NCBI GenBank assembly: GCA_963768985.1
Contig: CAVYJZ010000009.1
Coordinates: forward strand, 74,188 to 138,187
Length of the DNA stretch: 64,000 bases
Source of the DNA: an uncultured delta proteobacterium
GTDB taxonomy: Bacteria > Myxococcota_A > Polyangia > Polyangiales > Houyiibacteriaceae
Reading direction: 5' to 3'
The notes under the pieces are model-generated. The model made no database searches. It had not been told where the DNA came from and was given only the letters and a program-made list of their open reading frames with translations. The stretch's first letter is position 1; each line of letters begins with the position of its first letter. Both the position numbers and the translations under genes were made by a program. Positions 36,956 to 46,340 of the stretch are shown in pieces.

Positions 36956-39900
36956 GTGTTCAACTCCGTTCTGAAAAAGGTGCTTGGCACCAAGCATCAA
37001 CGCGAAGTGAAGCGGATGCAGCCCATGGTTGCGGCAATCTCGGCGCTCGAAGACGAGATCAAGCAGCTGTCCGATGCGCAGCTCCGAGCAAAGACGAACG
37101 AGTTCAGGCAGCAACTGGACAACGGCGCAACGCTCGAAGAATTGATGATTCCGGCGTACGCCGTAGTCCGTGAGGCGGGAAAGCGCGTGCTCGGCATGCG
37201 CCACTACGACGTGCAGCTCGTGGGCGGCATCGTGCTTCACCAGGGCAAGATCGCCGAGATGAAGACCGGCGAAGGCAAGACGCTCGTCGCCACGCTTCCT
37301 TGCTACTTGAACGGGCTGGAGGGCAAAGGCGTACACGTGGTGACCGTCAACGACTACCTCGCCAGCCGCGATGCGGAGTGGATGGGCAAGCTCTACAGCT
37401 TTCTCGGCCTCAGCACGGGCGTCGTGGTTCCTGGGCAGAGCAACCAGGTCAAGAAGCGCGCGTACAACTGCGACATCACGTACGGCCAGAACAACGAGTT
37501 CGGCTTCGATTACATGCGCGACAACATGAAGTTCAGTATCTACGACTACGTACAGCGCGATCTGAACTACGCGATCGTCGATGAGGTCGACTCCATCCTG
37601 ATCGACGAGGCGCGCACGCCGCTGATCATCAGCGGTCCTGGTGAAACCGCGAGCGACAAGTATCAGACGATCAACGAGGTCATCCCTCGTCTCCGCAAAG
37701 ACGAGCACTACGATCTCGACGAAAAGAATCATAGCGTAACCCTCACCGAGGAGGGGATGGAGCGCGCGCAGGAGCTGCTGGCCGGTCGTGGCCTGCTCGG
37801 CGGCGAAGGTGCAAACCTATACGATCCCGCAAATCTCGAGACGCTTCACATCTTGCAGCAATGCCTTCGGGCCCACGCTCTCTATCACCGCGATCAGCAC
37901 TACATGGTCTCCGAGGACGGCAAGGTGATGATCATCGACGAATTTACCGGCCGGGTGCTTCCCGGACGGCGTTGGTCGGACGGACTACACCAGGCGGTCG
38001 AAGCCAAAGAGCGTGTCTTGATTCAGAGCGAGAACCTCACGCTGGCGACGATTTCGTTCCAGAACCTCTTTCGGCTCTACAAGAAGTTGTCCGGCATGAC
38101 GGGTACCGCCGACACCGAGGCAACCGAGTTCCACAACATCTACAAGCTCGATGTGGTCGTCATCCCGACGAACAAGCCGATCGATCGCACCGATGAAGAG
38201 GACCTGATCTACAAGAGTGAACGCGAGAAGTTCCGGGCGATCTGCGAGGAGATCGAGGCGTCGCACAAGCGGGGGCAACCCGTGCTGGTTGGTACCACGA
38301 GCGTCGAAAAATCGGATGCGGTCGCCCATTTTCTCGACCGGCGTGGTGTCCCGCACAACGTGCTCAACGCCAAGCAACACGAGCGCGAGGCATACGTGGT
38401 TGCCCAGGCAGGAACGCCAGGCGCAGTGACCGTCGCGACGAACATGGCCGGTCGAGGCACCGACATCGTTCTTGGAGGCAATCCAGAAATGCTTGCCCGG
38501 ATCGAGGTGCTCGAGCAGAGCCCGGAGGAACTTCTGTCCGACCCTGAACGTCGCGACGCGGCCATCGCTGCAGCAACGACCCGTTTCATCGCCACGTGCA
38601 AGGACGACGCCCAGCGGGTCAAAGAGGCGGGCGGCCTCCGGATCATCGGAACCGAACGCCACGAATCGCGCCGAATCGACAATCAGCTTCGTGGCCGGTC
38701 GGGCCGACAAGGCGACCCGGGCAGCTCGCGGTTCTTCCTCTCTCTCGAAGACGACTTGATGCGGATATTCGCAGGCGAGCGCGTACAGGCGATGATGGAC
38801 CGGCTCGGAATGGAAGAGGACATTCCGATCGAGCATCGCTGGGTCACGCGAGCCGTCGAGAACGCGCAAAAGAAGGTCGAAGAGCGCAACTTCGACGTTC
38901 GAAAGAACCTGCTCGAGTACGACGACGTCATGAATCAGCAGCGCAAGAGCATGTACGCGCTGCGCAAGCAGGTCTTGCGTGGCGAGTACCGAACCGTGCC
39001 GACGGACGACGAGCGAAAGGCCGGCGTCGAGCCTCTTTCCCTCGTCGATGAGATCGACGCTGGGCTCTTGGAGCGGGTGAGCGAAGTGCTCGAGAACATG
39101 GTCAAGTTCCATTCGTATCCATTGCCGGACGCTGGGCTCACTCAAGACGAGGTGCCCGCTCACCGCAAGAGAGCATTGGGGTCCGAGCTTTCATCGTTGA
39201 CCGACGTGCGGGTGCAGCTGCTCGAGAAGGACATCTACCTCTGGTTCGGGTGCGCCGTCCCCCTCGATGGATTTCGCAAGGACCCGCAAGGTGCCTACGA
39301 GCACCTCAAGCAGGCAGTTGGTATGTCGCTCACCGAACAAAAAGAGCGCCTTCTCGATTTGATCGACGAAATCGTCGTCACGATGACCGACCACGCATGC
39401 CCACCTGGCAAGCACTACGAGGACTGGGACCTCGAGGGGCTCGAGCGGGCTTACAAGGAGCAATTCGCCATCGGAGCGACGGGGATCGAAGACATCAGCG
39501 ATCGCGACGATCTCCTTCGCAAGCTCTACATGGATGCTGCAGCCATTCTGGAGCGCAAAGAACGAGAATTCGGAACCGAGAACTTCCTCCGATTGTTCCG
39601 GGACCTGTACCTGCAAGAGATCGACAAGCAGTGGATGGACCACCTACAAGGGATGGATCACCTTCGGGACGGCATTGGGTTACGTGGTTACGGTCAGCGC
39701 GATCCAAAGAAGGAATATCAGCGCGAGGGCTTCGACATGTACCTAGAGATGGTACAGAGCGTGAAGTCCTCCGTCACCCTGGGGATGTTTACCGTCGAGC
39801 GCGCAGGCGAGGAAGAGTTGCAAAGGCTCGAGGAACAACGTCGGCGGGCGACAGAGAAGCGCCAACAGCAAATCAGCGCGAGTCATCAAGGGGACGACCA

Positions 39901-40153
39901 AGGCGGCGGTGCCGGCCAACAGCAGGGCGGCCTCAGCCGACGTGCTCGCCGGGCAGCGGCAAGACGAGGCCGGCGAGTTGGCGGCCCAGGTGCTGAAGCC
40001 CCACCTCTGCCGCAAGCAGCGCCAGCTCAGCAGGCAACGGTCAAGCGCGACCATCCCAAGATCGGCCGAAACGATCCGTGCTATTGCGGCAGCGGTAAGA
40101 AATACAAGAACTGCCACTATCGCGAAGACCAGGCCGCAGCCTCGCCGCAATAA
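36956..40153 (+). CDS. secA: Preprotein translocase ATPase SecA
   Basis: 1065 aa with Walker A MKTGEGKTLVATL and the C-terminal zinc motif CYCGSGKKYKNCH. A Gln/Arg/Gly-rich linker precedes the zinc finger. Confidence 0.95.
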   Translation: MFNSVLKKVLGTKHQREVKRMQPMVAAISALEDEIKQLSDAQLRAKTNEFRQQLDNGATLEELMIPAYAVVREAGKRVLGMRHYDVQLVGGIVLHQGKIAEMKTGEGKTLVATLPCYLNGLEGKGVHVVTVNDYLASRDAEWMGKLYSFLGLSTGVVVPGQSNQVKKRAYNCDITYGQNNEFGFDYMRDNMKFSIYDYVQRDLNYAIVDEVDSILIDEARTPLIISGPGETASDKYQTINEVIPRLRKDEHYDLDEKNHSVTLTEEGMERAQELLAGRGLLGGEGANLYDPANLETLHILQQCLRAHALYHRDQHYMVSEDGKVMIIDEFTGRVLPGRRWSDGLHQAVEAKERVLIQSENLTLATISFQNLFRLYKKLSGMTGTADTEATEFHNIYKLDVVVIPTNKPIDRTDEEDLIYKSEREKFRAICEEIEASHKRGQPVLVGTTSVEKSDAVAHFLDRRGVPHNVLNAKQHEREAYVVAQAGTPGAVTVATNMAGRGTDIVLGGNPEMLARIEVLEQSPEELLSDPERRDAAIAAATTRFIATCKDDAQRVKEAGGLRIIGTERHESRRIDNQLRGRSGRQGDPGSSRFFLSLEDDLMRIFAGERVQAMMDRLGMEEDIPIEHRWVTRAVENAQKKVEERNFDVRKNLLEYDDVMNQQRKSMYALRKQVLRGEYRTVPTDDERKAGVEPLSLVDEIDAGLLERVSEVLENMVKFHSYPLPDAGLTQDEVPAHRKRALGSELSSLTDVRVQLLEKDIYLWFGCAVPLDGFRKDPQGAYEHLKQAVGMSLTEQKERLLDLIDEIVVTMTDHACPPGKHYEDWDLEGLERAYKEQFAIGATGIEDISDRDDLLRKLYMDAAAILERKEREFGTENFLRLFRDLYLQEIDKQWMDHLQGMDHLRDGIGLRGYGQRDPKKEYQREGFDMYLEMVQSVKSSVTLGMFTVERAGEEELQRLEEQRRRATEKRQQQISASHQGDDQGGGAGQQQGGLSRRARRAAARRGRRVGGPGAEAPPLPQAAPAQQATVKRDHPKIGRNDPCYCGSGKKYKNCHYREDQAAASPQ

Positions 40154-40165
40154 CGCCCTTCTGGT

Positions 40166-41368
40166 ATGAGGGACGCCATGAGCGATCGGGTGAAGGGGTT
40201 TCGCTTCGCTGGCGTACACGGCGGAGTGAAGGCGAATGGGGCGTTGGACTTGGGATTGGTGTTCGCGGACGAACCTGCCGTGGCCGCCGGTGTCTTCACC
40301 AAGAACCGGGTTCGGGCGGCACCGGTCTTACTCAGTGAGCACCGTCTGAAAGGAGGGTTTTGCCAGGCGATCCTCGTCAATAGTGGCAACGCCAACGCGT
40401 GTACGGGCAAGCAGGGGCGGCAAGCGGCTTTGTCCTTGACGCGCTCGACAGCCACATCCCTTCGCGTGCAGAGCGCGCTGGTCGTTCCTGCCTCGACCGG
40501 TGTGATCGGTGCGCAGCTTCCCGAAGAGAAGATCGGGGCCGCTATTCCGGCGCTCGTCGCGGATCTCTCGGAGGCTGGTGCGACACGGTTTGCCCGCGCA
40601 ATCATGACCACCGACCGAGGACCGAAAGTAGCACGCGCCGAGCTCAAGGTCGGGTCGACGACTTGCCGTGTGCTCGGTATCGCCAAAGGCGCCGGCATGA
40701 TTCACCCGAACATGGCGACGACACTCGCGTTCGTGACGACCGATGCGGCACTCCGACGAGCTGCGCTGTCGAGGTTCCTGCGTCAGGCGACGGACCTCAC
40801 CTTCAATCGCGCGACCGTGGACGGAGATACGAGCACCAACGATTCGATCTATGCACTCGCGTCGGGAGCCGCCACAGATCGTACCATCGAAGTACAAAGC
40901 CCTGCAGGACGGCGGTTCGCCGCCGCGCTCACCGAGGTGCTCGAGTCACTCGCCAAGCAGATCGTCGCCGACGGGGAGGGCGCCGAGCACTTGGTTCGGA
41001 TCGAAGTTCGCGGCGCACGCTCCGACCGCGACGCGGTGCAGATCGCCCGCACCATCGCAGGCTCACAGCTGGTCAAGACCGCCATTTACGGATGCGACCC
41101 GAATTGGGGCCGTATTCTCGCTGCGGCCGGCCGTTCAGGGGCGCGTTTCAATCCTGATCACGTCTCGATGAAGATCGGGGACGTTCCGATCTTCGAGCGT
41201 GGGACGCCCACGATGACGGCCAGAACGGAGGCGAAAACCGCTGCGATCATGAAACGCGCGGAGTACGGGATCTCGCTGACCGTGGGAACTGGGCGTGGCC
41301 TTGGTCATTATTGGACCTGTGACCTGGGTCACGAGTACGTTCGGATCAACGCCGATTACCGGAGTTGA
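40166..41368 (+). CDS. argJ: Bifunctional glutamate N-acetyltransferase/amino-acid acetyltransferase
   Basis: 400 aa with the autoprocessing site region HPNMATTLAFVTTDA and a C-terminus of ...VRINADYRS. Confidence 0.9.
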   Translation: MRDAMSDRVKGFRFAGVHGGVKANGALDLGLVFADEPAVAAGVFTKNRVRAAPVLLSEHRLKGGFCQAILVNSGNANACTGKQGRQAALSLTRSTATSLRVQSALVVPASTGVIGAQLPEEKIGAAIPALVADLSEAGATRFARAIMTTDRGPKVARAELKVGSTTCRVLGIAKGAGMIHPNMATTLAFVTTDAALRRAALSRFLRQATDLTFNRATVDGDTSTNDSIYALASGAATDRTIEVQSPAGRRFAAALTEVLESLAKQIVADGEGAEHLVRIEVRGARSDRDAVQIARTIAGSQLVKTAIYGCDPNWGRILAAAGRSGARFNPDHVSMKIGDVPIFERGTPTMTARTEAKTAAIMKRAEYGISLTVGTGRGLGHYWTCDLGHEYVRINADYRS

Positions 41369-41377
41369 TTCAAACCG

Positions 41378-42418
41378 ATGTTGCGCAATTCGATTCTCCC
41401 TCTTGTCATGCTGCTCGCGGTTCACGCGTCGGCTGACGCCGACGACAAAGACGCTCCCGCGGAGGAGGCGCCGGTCGTCGACTCGGCGAAGCCCGAGACC
41501 TTGTGCACCAGGAGCGAGACGCTCGAGCTCGTTGCCAGTCAGCTGGCCGACTTGCAGCAAATTCCTCCGTCCGCCGAGCTCATTCGAGTTGCTCGTCAGG
41601 CAGGAGTCGACGCGAACCCGGTCTATGCGAAGTTTGGCGTCGCCGGCGAGTTCGACAACTTCAAGGCCTGGCTCGAGGAGCTGATCGAAGGGGCCGATGC
41701 ACCGTTGATCTGCGGGCGGGCGCGCTCGGGCGAGCGCATCGTCTTGGTAGCCGCCGTCCGCGCTGGTTCCCTCACCATGGTGGGCAAGAATACCCTGCAC
41801 GCCGAGGTCATCGACGATTTCAAGTATCCATACTTGATAGTCCGGGACCCAAAGGGTTCATCGAGACGCATCGCCGTCGACGGCGAGGTCGTCGGAGCGA
41901 CCATTTCACTCCCCCTCGAGTGGGGCCGTCCCCTCTTCGTGCAGCTCATCGCGACGGGTCCGAGCGGCCCGCGTCCGGTTTCCGAGCGATGGGTCGGACA
42001 GATTCCGAAGAGCACACCATCACACACCGATTCGGAGTCGCCCGAGACCTGGTTGTTGCAGCTTCGCCGCGCAGCCGGTGCGCGCTCACTGCGCTCGAAC
42101 CGCCTGCTGACCAAAGAGGCGACGAGCTACGCGCAGACGGTGTGCGATTCCGGAAAGCTCGGCCATCAGGTCGACTCCTCGGGTGACCCCGAAGCTCGGC
42201 TGCTCAAGCGCGGCATCGAAGCACGAGTGGTCGGTGAGGCCGTCGCACGCGCCGCAACGATGCGCGCAGCGCTGAGCGCGATCGAAGACAGCCCCAGCCA
42301 TCATCTGACGATCACCGACCCGCGATTCACCGATGCCGGCTACGGCCAGGCCAAGGACGATCGGGGGCGAACCTGCGTCGTCATCCTCTTGGCGTCCTGG
42401 CCGCGCACAAACCCCTGA
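41378..42418 (+). CDS. Secreted CAP/SCP-domain protein
   Basis: 346 aa with the signal peptide MLRNSILPLVMLLAVHASADA. The C-terminal ~120 aa resemble a CAP (YkwD-like) domain (SPSHHLTITDPRFTDAGYG). Confidence 0.65.
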   Translation: MLRNSILPLVMLLAVHASADADDKDAPAEEAPVVDSAKPETLCTRSETLELVASQLADLQQIPPSAELIRVARQAGVDANPVYAKFGVAGEFDNFKAWLEELIEGADAPLICGRARSGERIVLVAAVRAGSLTMVGKNTLHAEVIDDFKYPYLIVRDPKGSSRRIAVDGEVVGATISLPLEWGRPLFVQLIATGPSGPRPVSERWVGQIPKSTPSHTDSESPETWLLQLRRAAGARSLRSNRLLTKEATSYAQTVCDSGKLGHQVDSSGDPEARLLKRGIEARVVGEAVARAATMRAALSAIEDSPSHHLTITDPRFTDAGYGQAKDDRGRTCVVILLASWPRTNP

Positions 42419-42419
42419 G

Positions 42420-43685
42420 TCAGGGTGCGACCGAAATTCGCTTCTTGAAACGGTTGGAGGTCGCCTGGTACGCGACTACGAGGACCTGTGCCAACGCCAT
42501 TCCCGCAACGAGTGTTCCAACCACGCCCGTGAGCACAGCAGCGATGGTGGGTCCCTCGATGCTCGCTGCGGTCCCCTGCATCGGCCAGACCTCACTCGCG
42601 ACCAGGAGGCCAATGTGTAGGGGATAGAGGATGAGCAATCCTACGGCCCAGACGTGCGAGCCGCCACGGGTGCTGTCGTCCATGAACGCCATCAACGAGA
42701 GCAGCGCGAGCAGACCGAACGCCACCTGCGCGATCGCGGGTGCCCAGGACTGCCAAGCACCCTCGAGGGTGACGAGGCTCTCGTGGGCCCCCGAGACGAA
42801 AACCCAGGCGCCAAGCGCAAGGACGCCACAGGTCACCAGGGCTCGAGCCATGCGCGCGCCCCGGTAGTACGCTCGGAAAAGCAGGCTTCCGCTCAGGAGG
42901 ATCGTTGCCCCGGCGAGGATGATGCCTTCGGGTGCGATGCCCTGGAGCCTTTGCTGCCAGAGCGCGACCCCGGTCGCGACCGAGCCCATCGAGAACAGTG
43001 CGATGGCGCGGCTCCGGTACGACATCGGAGTGAGCGCCAGCGTGATCATCGTGATCAGCAACGCCAAGGAGACCGCCGTCAAGGGATGCATGCCTCCAAC
43101 GAGCAATGCGGCGAGCGCACCGAGCGCACCGAGCGCGACCGTCGTGCGGCGTAGCGCACTCTCACCCGGGCTCGACGGACGCATTTGCTCGCGCAGGAGG
43201 TCCGATGCGAGGATCGGCGGCCCCACGGGGACCTGCACATGCGGGAGGCTCGTCTCCGGATCCGCAATGGAAGCCCTCACGGAGCCGGATTGCGGCTCGG
43301 CCGCCTCGACCTCTTCGCTGCGCTGGCTGGCGGTACCATCCTTTTTGCGGTGAAGCGGCAGGACAGGTGCGGGCTCGCTTCGTACGTCCCGTTCGCGAAT
43401 CGCCGTTTGGTTGAGGGCGTTCTCCGGAGGGGTTTCGAGCTCGGGGTCGGACAAAGCCACAATCGCAAGTGCCCTGGCCGATGCCGCCGTCGCGCTAGGT
43501 GGTGGGAATGTGCCGCTCATGCGATCGGGCGCGGGCTGCACATTGCTCACCTTCAAGTCGCGCGAGATCGGCACCACGGGCTTACCTCCTGGGACAGGCT
43601 CGCCGCAAATGCCGCAGAACGCATCCGTCCTCAGAAGATCCCCATCGCAGCTCTTGCACTTCACCATCAGGTCCGCCCTATCCAC
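42420..43685 (-). CDS. Zinc-ribbon protein with a polytopic membrane C-terminal half
   Basis: 421 aa. It has an N-terminal CKSC...CGIC zinc ribbon, a Pro/Ser-rich linker and ~7 TM helices. The start is either GTG 43685 or ATG 43667. Confidence 0.65.
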   Translation of the reverse strand: MDRADLMVKCKSCDGDLLRTDAFCGICGEPVPGGKPVVPISRDLKVSNVQPAPDRMSGTFPPPSATAASARALAIVALSDPELETPPENALNQTAIRERDVRSEPAPVLPLHRKKDGTASQRSEEVEAAEPQSGSVRASIADPETSLPHVQVPVGPPILASDLLREQMRPSSPGESALRRTTVALGALGALAALLVGGMHPLTAVSLALLITMITLALTPMSYRSRAIALFSMGSVATGVALWQQRLQGIAPEGIILAGATILLSGSLLFRAYYRGARMARALVTCGVLALGAWVFVSGAHESLVTLEGAWQSWAPAIAQVAFGLLALLSLMAFMDDSTRGGSHVWAVGLLILYPLHIGLLVASEVWPMQGTAASIEGPTIAAVLTGVVGTLVAGMALAQVLVVAYQATSNRFKKRISVAP

Positions 43686-43769
43686 TCGCTACGATCATAC
43701 GCGGGAGAACCCACGGACTTCAACCGGTACTGTAAGGCTATGTGTGCTCATCGGCGACGGTCCTCGGGA

Positions 43770-43791
43770 GATTGTGCCGACCGCGACAATC
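43770..43791. promoter_or_regulatory. Inverted repeat GATTGT-N10-ACAATC (candidate enhancer/activator site)
   Basis: Perfect 6-bp arms contain the TGT-N10-ACA core. The repeat is centred ~92 bp upstream of the GG of the sigma-54-type motif. Confidence 0.3.
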
Positions 43792-43871
43792 GGGTGCGAG
43801 CGCATGACAGAAATGTCGTACCGGCGAGGTCGTTGGTCAGCAACAGCAAGGTTTTTCGGGGGCCAAGGACT

Positions 43872-43887
43872 TGGCATCACGATTGCA
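43872..43887 (+). promoter_or_regulatory. Sigma-54 (-24/-12)-type promoter motif
   Basis: TGGCAT-CACGA-TTGCA compares with the consensus TGGCAC-N5-TTGCW. The GG-N10-GC spacing is exact, and the motif lies in a non-coding region. Confidence 0.45.
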
Positions 43888-43897
43888 ATATAGCCCA

Positions 43898-44085
43898 TCG
43901 CTTGCTTAGGACCCTCGCCGCGCACTTTCCAGCTTGCCCGGCATCCGCGGGGCGAGGGTCGTCCTTAACTCTGTCTTTTGGCGCTCACCGAGACTCTACT
44001 TAGCTTACTTACTTTGACCTTCCCACTCTAGCATCGATTCGTTCGTCTGAAATGGGTCACCACGCGGTGGCCCATTTTTCTTTTC
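43898..44085 (+). ncRNA. Candidate sigma-54-dependent small RNA (~190 nt, family unknown)
   Basis: The 5' end is predicted 12 nt after the -12 GC. The region has a 13-bp GC-rich hairpin (43910-43922 pairing with 43946-43960), a CU-rich linker (CTTAGCTTACTTACTTTGACCTTCCCACTCT) and an intrinsic terminator at 44050-44085. It has no credible ORF or ribosome-binding site. Confidence 0.35.
44050..44085 (+). terminator. Intrinsic terminator on the plus strand with no upstream plus-strand protein gene
   Basis: AAATGGGTCACC-ACGC-GGTGGCCCATTT forms a 12-bp stem with one G-U pair and runs into TTTTTCTTTTC. Confidence 0.6.
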
Positions 44086-44102
44086 ACCGCCAGCCTGGGT
44101 CC

Positions 44103-44134
44103 AAAGAAAAACGGCCCGCCGGGAAGGCAGGCCG
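44103..44134 (-). terminator. Intrinsic terminator of the DUF465-like gene
   Basis: On the minus strand: CGGCCTGCC-TTCCC-GGCGGGCCG (9 bp, one G-U pair) followed by TTTTTCTTT, 25 nt after the stop. Confidence 0.65.
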
Positions 44135-44158
44135 CTCTCAAACGACGTCGATGACGCT

Positions 44159-44353
44159 CTAGCCGACGTCTTCCAGCGCGTCCTTAGCCCAAAGCTTCTG
44201 TTTCTTCAATTGCTGTAGCTCCAGCTCCTCACTCGGCGTGAGACTCAGGCGCCCGTCGAGCGCTTCGATGCGCTCAGCGAGTTGAGCATGCTTCTTTTCT
44301 AGGTGCGACCTTTGGCGCTCCGGTGGAATGGTTCGAGCATGGGGCTTGGACAT
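44159..44353 (-). CDS. Small DUF465/YdcH-like coiled-coil protein
   Basis: The start was moved to ATG 44353 (MSKPHART...), which is preceded by GGAGGTGAC. The 64-aa product carries ...LKKQKLWAKDALE, typical of DUF465. Confidence 0.7.
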   Translation of the reverse strand: MSKPHARTIPPERQRSHLEKKHAQLAERIEALDGRLSLTPSEELELQQLKKQKLWAKDALEDVG

Positions 44354-44539
44354 GTCACCTCCGATTTTCTTACGGGATTCACAAGCTAACCAAGCGATGT
44401 CCGGGCACGTGAGCGCGCCCGCTTGCTTTATCCTACGAACTCTATCGCCAATGATCAATCCGACTTTTGGGACATTGGTCGGTTACCTTGTGTACGCGGG
44501 CGCAGGATGAATACTGCAATCCCAGGAGCGTTGTAGACG

Positions 44540-45244
44540 TTGATGATCTCGAGACTTGGGGTGATGGTTCTCGGCCTTACGTTGCTCGCATCCGGTGCGA
44601 GCGTCGCAGCCCAGGAGGGTGAGCCCCTCGATCCAGCGGTCGTGATCGGCCTGGTTCAGTCCTTTTACAATCAAACGAAGACCTTGCAGGCTGAGTTTCA
44701 TCAAACTCGCTATACCCGGCTCTACGATCGCTACGATCGCGCCGAGGGGAAGGTCGCGTTCAAGAAGCCCGGAATGATGCGCTGGGACTATGCACGGCCC
44801 AACGGCCAGGTGTTCGTGAGCGACGGGAAGCGGCTGCTGATTTACCAGCCGCCCGAGGAAGGCGAAAAGCACGGCCAACTCATCGAGCGCTCGCTGGGCG
44901 AGGACCAGCTTCCTTCCGCGTTCTCATTTCTGACCGGCGATGGCAACCTCGAGAAAGACTTCGACGTTCGTTTGCTCGAGCACGACAATGACCAGTTCAA
45001 AGGTGGTTACGTCCTTCAACTCATTCCCCGCAATCCCAATCCCAACTACGAGCAACTGGTCTTCTACGTGCGGACCCTGAACGACAAAGGCAAGCGCGCT
45101 GGCGTGGTGCAACGCGTCCTGATCATCGACTCGGCGGGTAACCGCAATCGATTCGACTTCTCCAACATCAAGTTCAACCGGGACATCCCGACCAAACGCT
45201 TCACGTATAGGCCGCCGAAGGGGACCGAGAAGGTCACGCCTTGA
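44540..45244 (+). CDS. lolA: Outer-membrane lipoprotein carrier LolA-like protein
   Basis: 234 aa with a signal peptide. FYNQTKTLQAEFHQT...GKVAFKKPGMMRWDY...VFVSDGKRLLIYQP matches the LolA fold signature. Confidence 0.8.
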   Translation: MMISRLGVMVLGLTLLASGASVAAQEGEPLDPAVVIGLVQSFYNQTKTLQAEFHQTRYTRLYDRYDRAEGKVAFKKPGMMRWDYARPNGQVFVSDGKRLLIYQPPEEGEKHGQLIERSLGEDQLPSAFSFLTGDGNLEKDFDVRLLEHDNDQFKGGYVLQLIPRNPNPNYEQLVFYVRTLNDKGKRAGVVQRVLIIDSAGNRNRFDFSNIKFNRDIPTKRFTYRPPKGTEKVTP

Positions 45245-46328
45245 ACGCGAGCTCGCTTTCGCAGCGAGCGCGCAGTTGGCTGATCGCCCGGACGAGGGCA
45301 ACTCGATCATTCGGGGGCACGAGGAGGGCCCCTGCGTAACCCCGCATCTGGTCCGCGATCGCGCCTCCCTCCGTGGCGATGATCGGCAGGGCGCGCGCCT
45401 TTGCCTCGAAGAGGACCGTGGGCAAACCGTCTCGAGGGCCGGAGGGCACCACGATGGCGTCACATGCCTGCAATAGGGCTTCTTTTCGTTCGCCAGCCAC
45501 CCAGCCATGGAAGGTCGCGTCGACCCCCAACCGCCTCGCGAGCATGCGCAATCTGCGGCTCTCCGGACCATCGCCCCCGATTCGGATGCTGATTGGCTCA
45601 GGGAGCGAGGCGAGCGCGCGAAGAACTTGGTCGAGTCCTTTGACCGGCACCAAGCGCCCCAGAAAGAGCAGCGTGAAGCCGTCGATGCCAAGGCGGCGAC
45701 GCAGCTCCGAGCGGCTTTCGGGCAAGCATCGTGGTGGTTCGATCAGCATGGGGCCGACATGGGTGCTCACCGTCGAAGGGCTCAGGCCTGCCGTCGCGAA
45801 AAAGCCGTCACGAAGTGCAGCGCTCAAGAACCACATGGCGCTAACCCCGGCGGCAATCTGTCGTGCGACGGTTCGTCCTCCCGGCAACTTGGACAGCCAG
45901 CGGACGTCGGTTGCATGGCAGATGCACAGATGTGTGCGCCCTGCCGCCGTCCTCGAAGCGACCCAGCCGCTCGGAACACACCAAGAGCTCAGCAATGCAT
46001 CACAGTCGGCTAGCTCGCGCTTCGAGGCGTCGTAGAGCGCGGCGCCGAAGCCTACCGCGCCAATCGATCTCCACGGGTGCTGCCTGAGGTTGTCCGGCGC
46101 ACCGCCGCCATAGAAGGTTCGCTGCAGAGCGCGAGGTCGGGCGTATGGCACCCAACGCACCTCGATTCCGGGCCAACGCGGAGCCGGGCCATTGCCGCGT
46201 GGCTCGGGAGCCAGGACTCGAACCCCGTGTCCGTGTTCGACCAGACCGCGCGCCAGAGTCAGTAGGAATGAGCCGCTGCAGTCACCTTCGAAACGCGGAA
46301 ATCCAGTCGTGAGCAGGCCGACCTTCAT
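45234..46328 (-). CDS. Glycosyltransferase family 4 (GT-B fold)
   Basis: 364 aa. MKVGLLTTGFPRFEGDCSGSF... is followed by a C-terminal Glycos_transf_1-like region (FLGRLVPVKGLD...VPSGPRDGLPTVLFEA). Confidence 0.8.
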   Translation of the reverse strand: MKVGLLTTGFPRFEGDCSGSFLLTLARGLVEHGHGVRVLAPEPRGNGPAPRWPGIEVRWVPYARPRALQRTFYGGGAPDNLRQHPWRSIGAVGFGAALYDASKRELADCDALLSSWCVPSGWVASRTAAGRTHLCICHATDVRWLSKLPGGRTVARQIAAGVSAMWFLSAALRDGFFATAGLSPSTVSTHVGPMLIEPPRCLPESRSELRRRLGIDGFTLLFLGRLVPVKGLDQVLRALASLPEPISIRIGGDGPESRRLRMLARRLGVDATFHGWVAGERKEALLQACDAIVVPSGPRDGLPTVLFEAKARALPIIATEGGAIADQMRGYAGALLVPPNDRVALVRAISQLRARCESELAFKA

Positions 46329-46340
46329 TGCGCGCCGATC

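Noticed and set aside
37985-39163. A 392-aa ORF lies antisense to secA.
   Set aside because: secA is unambiguous on the plus strand, and the antisense product has no recognisable features.
43185-44003. Plus-strand ORFs of 272 aa and 160 aa extend from inside the zinc-ribbon gene into the intergenic region.
   Set aside because: Most of their length is antisense to a credible minus-strand gene. The intergenic tails are not protein-like and lack a ribosome-binding site.
43686-44158. The long intergenic region might hold a known structured RNA (tmRNA, RNase P RNA, SRP RNA, 6S RNA) or a tRNA.
   Set aside because: I found no match to the conserved cores I can recall (GGAAAGTCCGGGC for RNase P, a tRNA-like GGTTCGA T-arm with a CCA end for tmRNA, the SRP GGAA/AGCA domain). 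I found no T-loop-like GGTTCGAATCC anywhere in the window.
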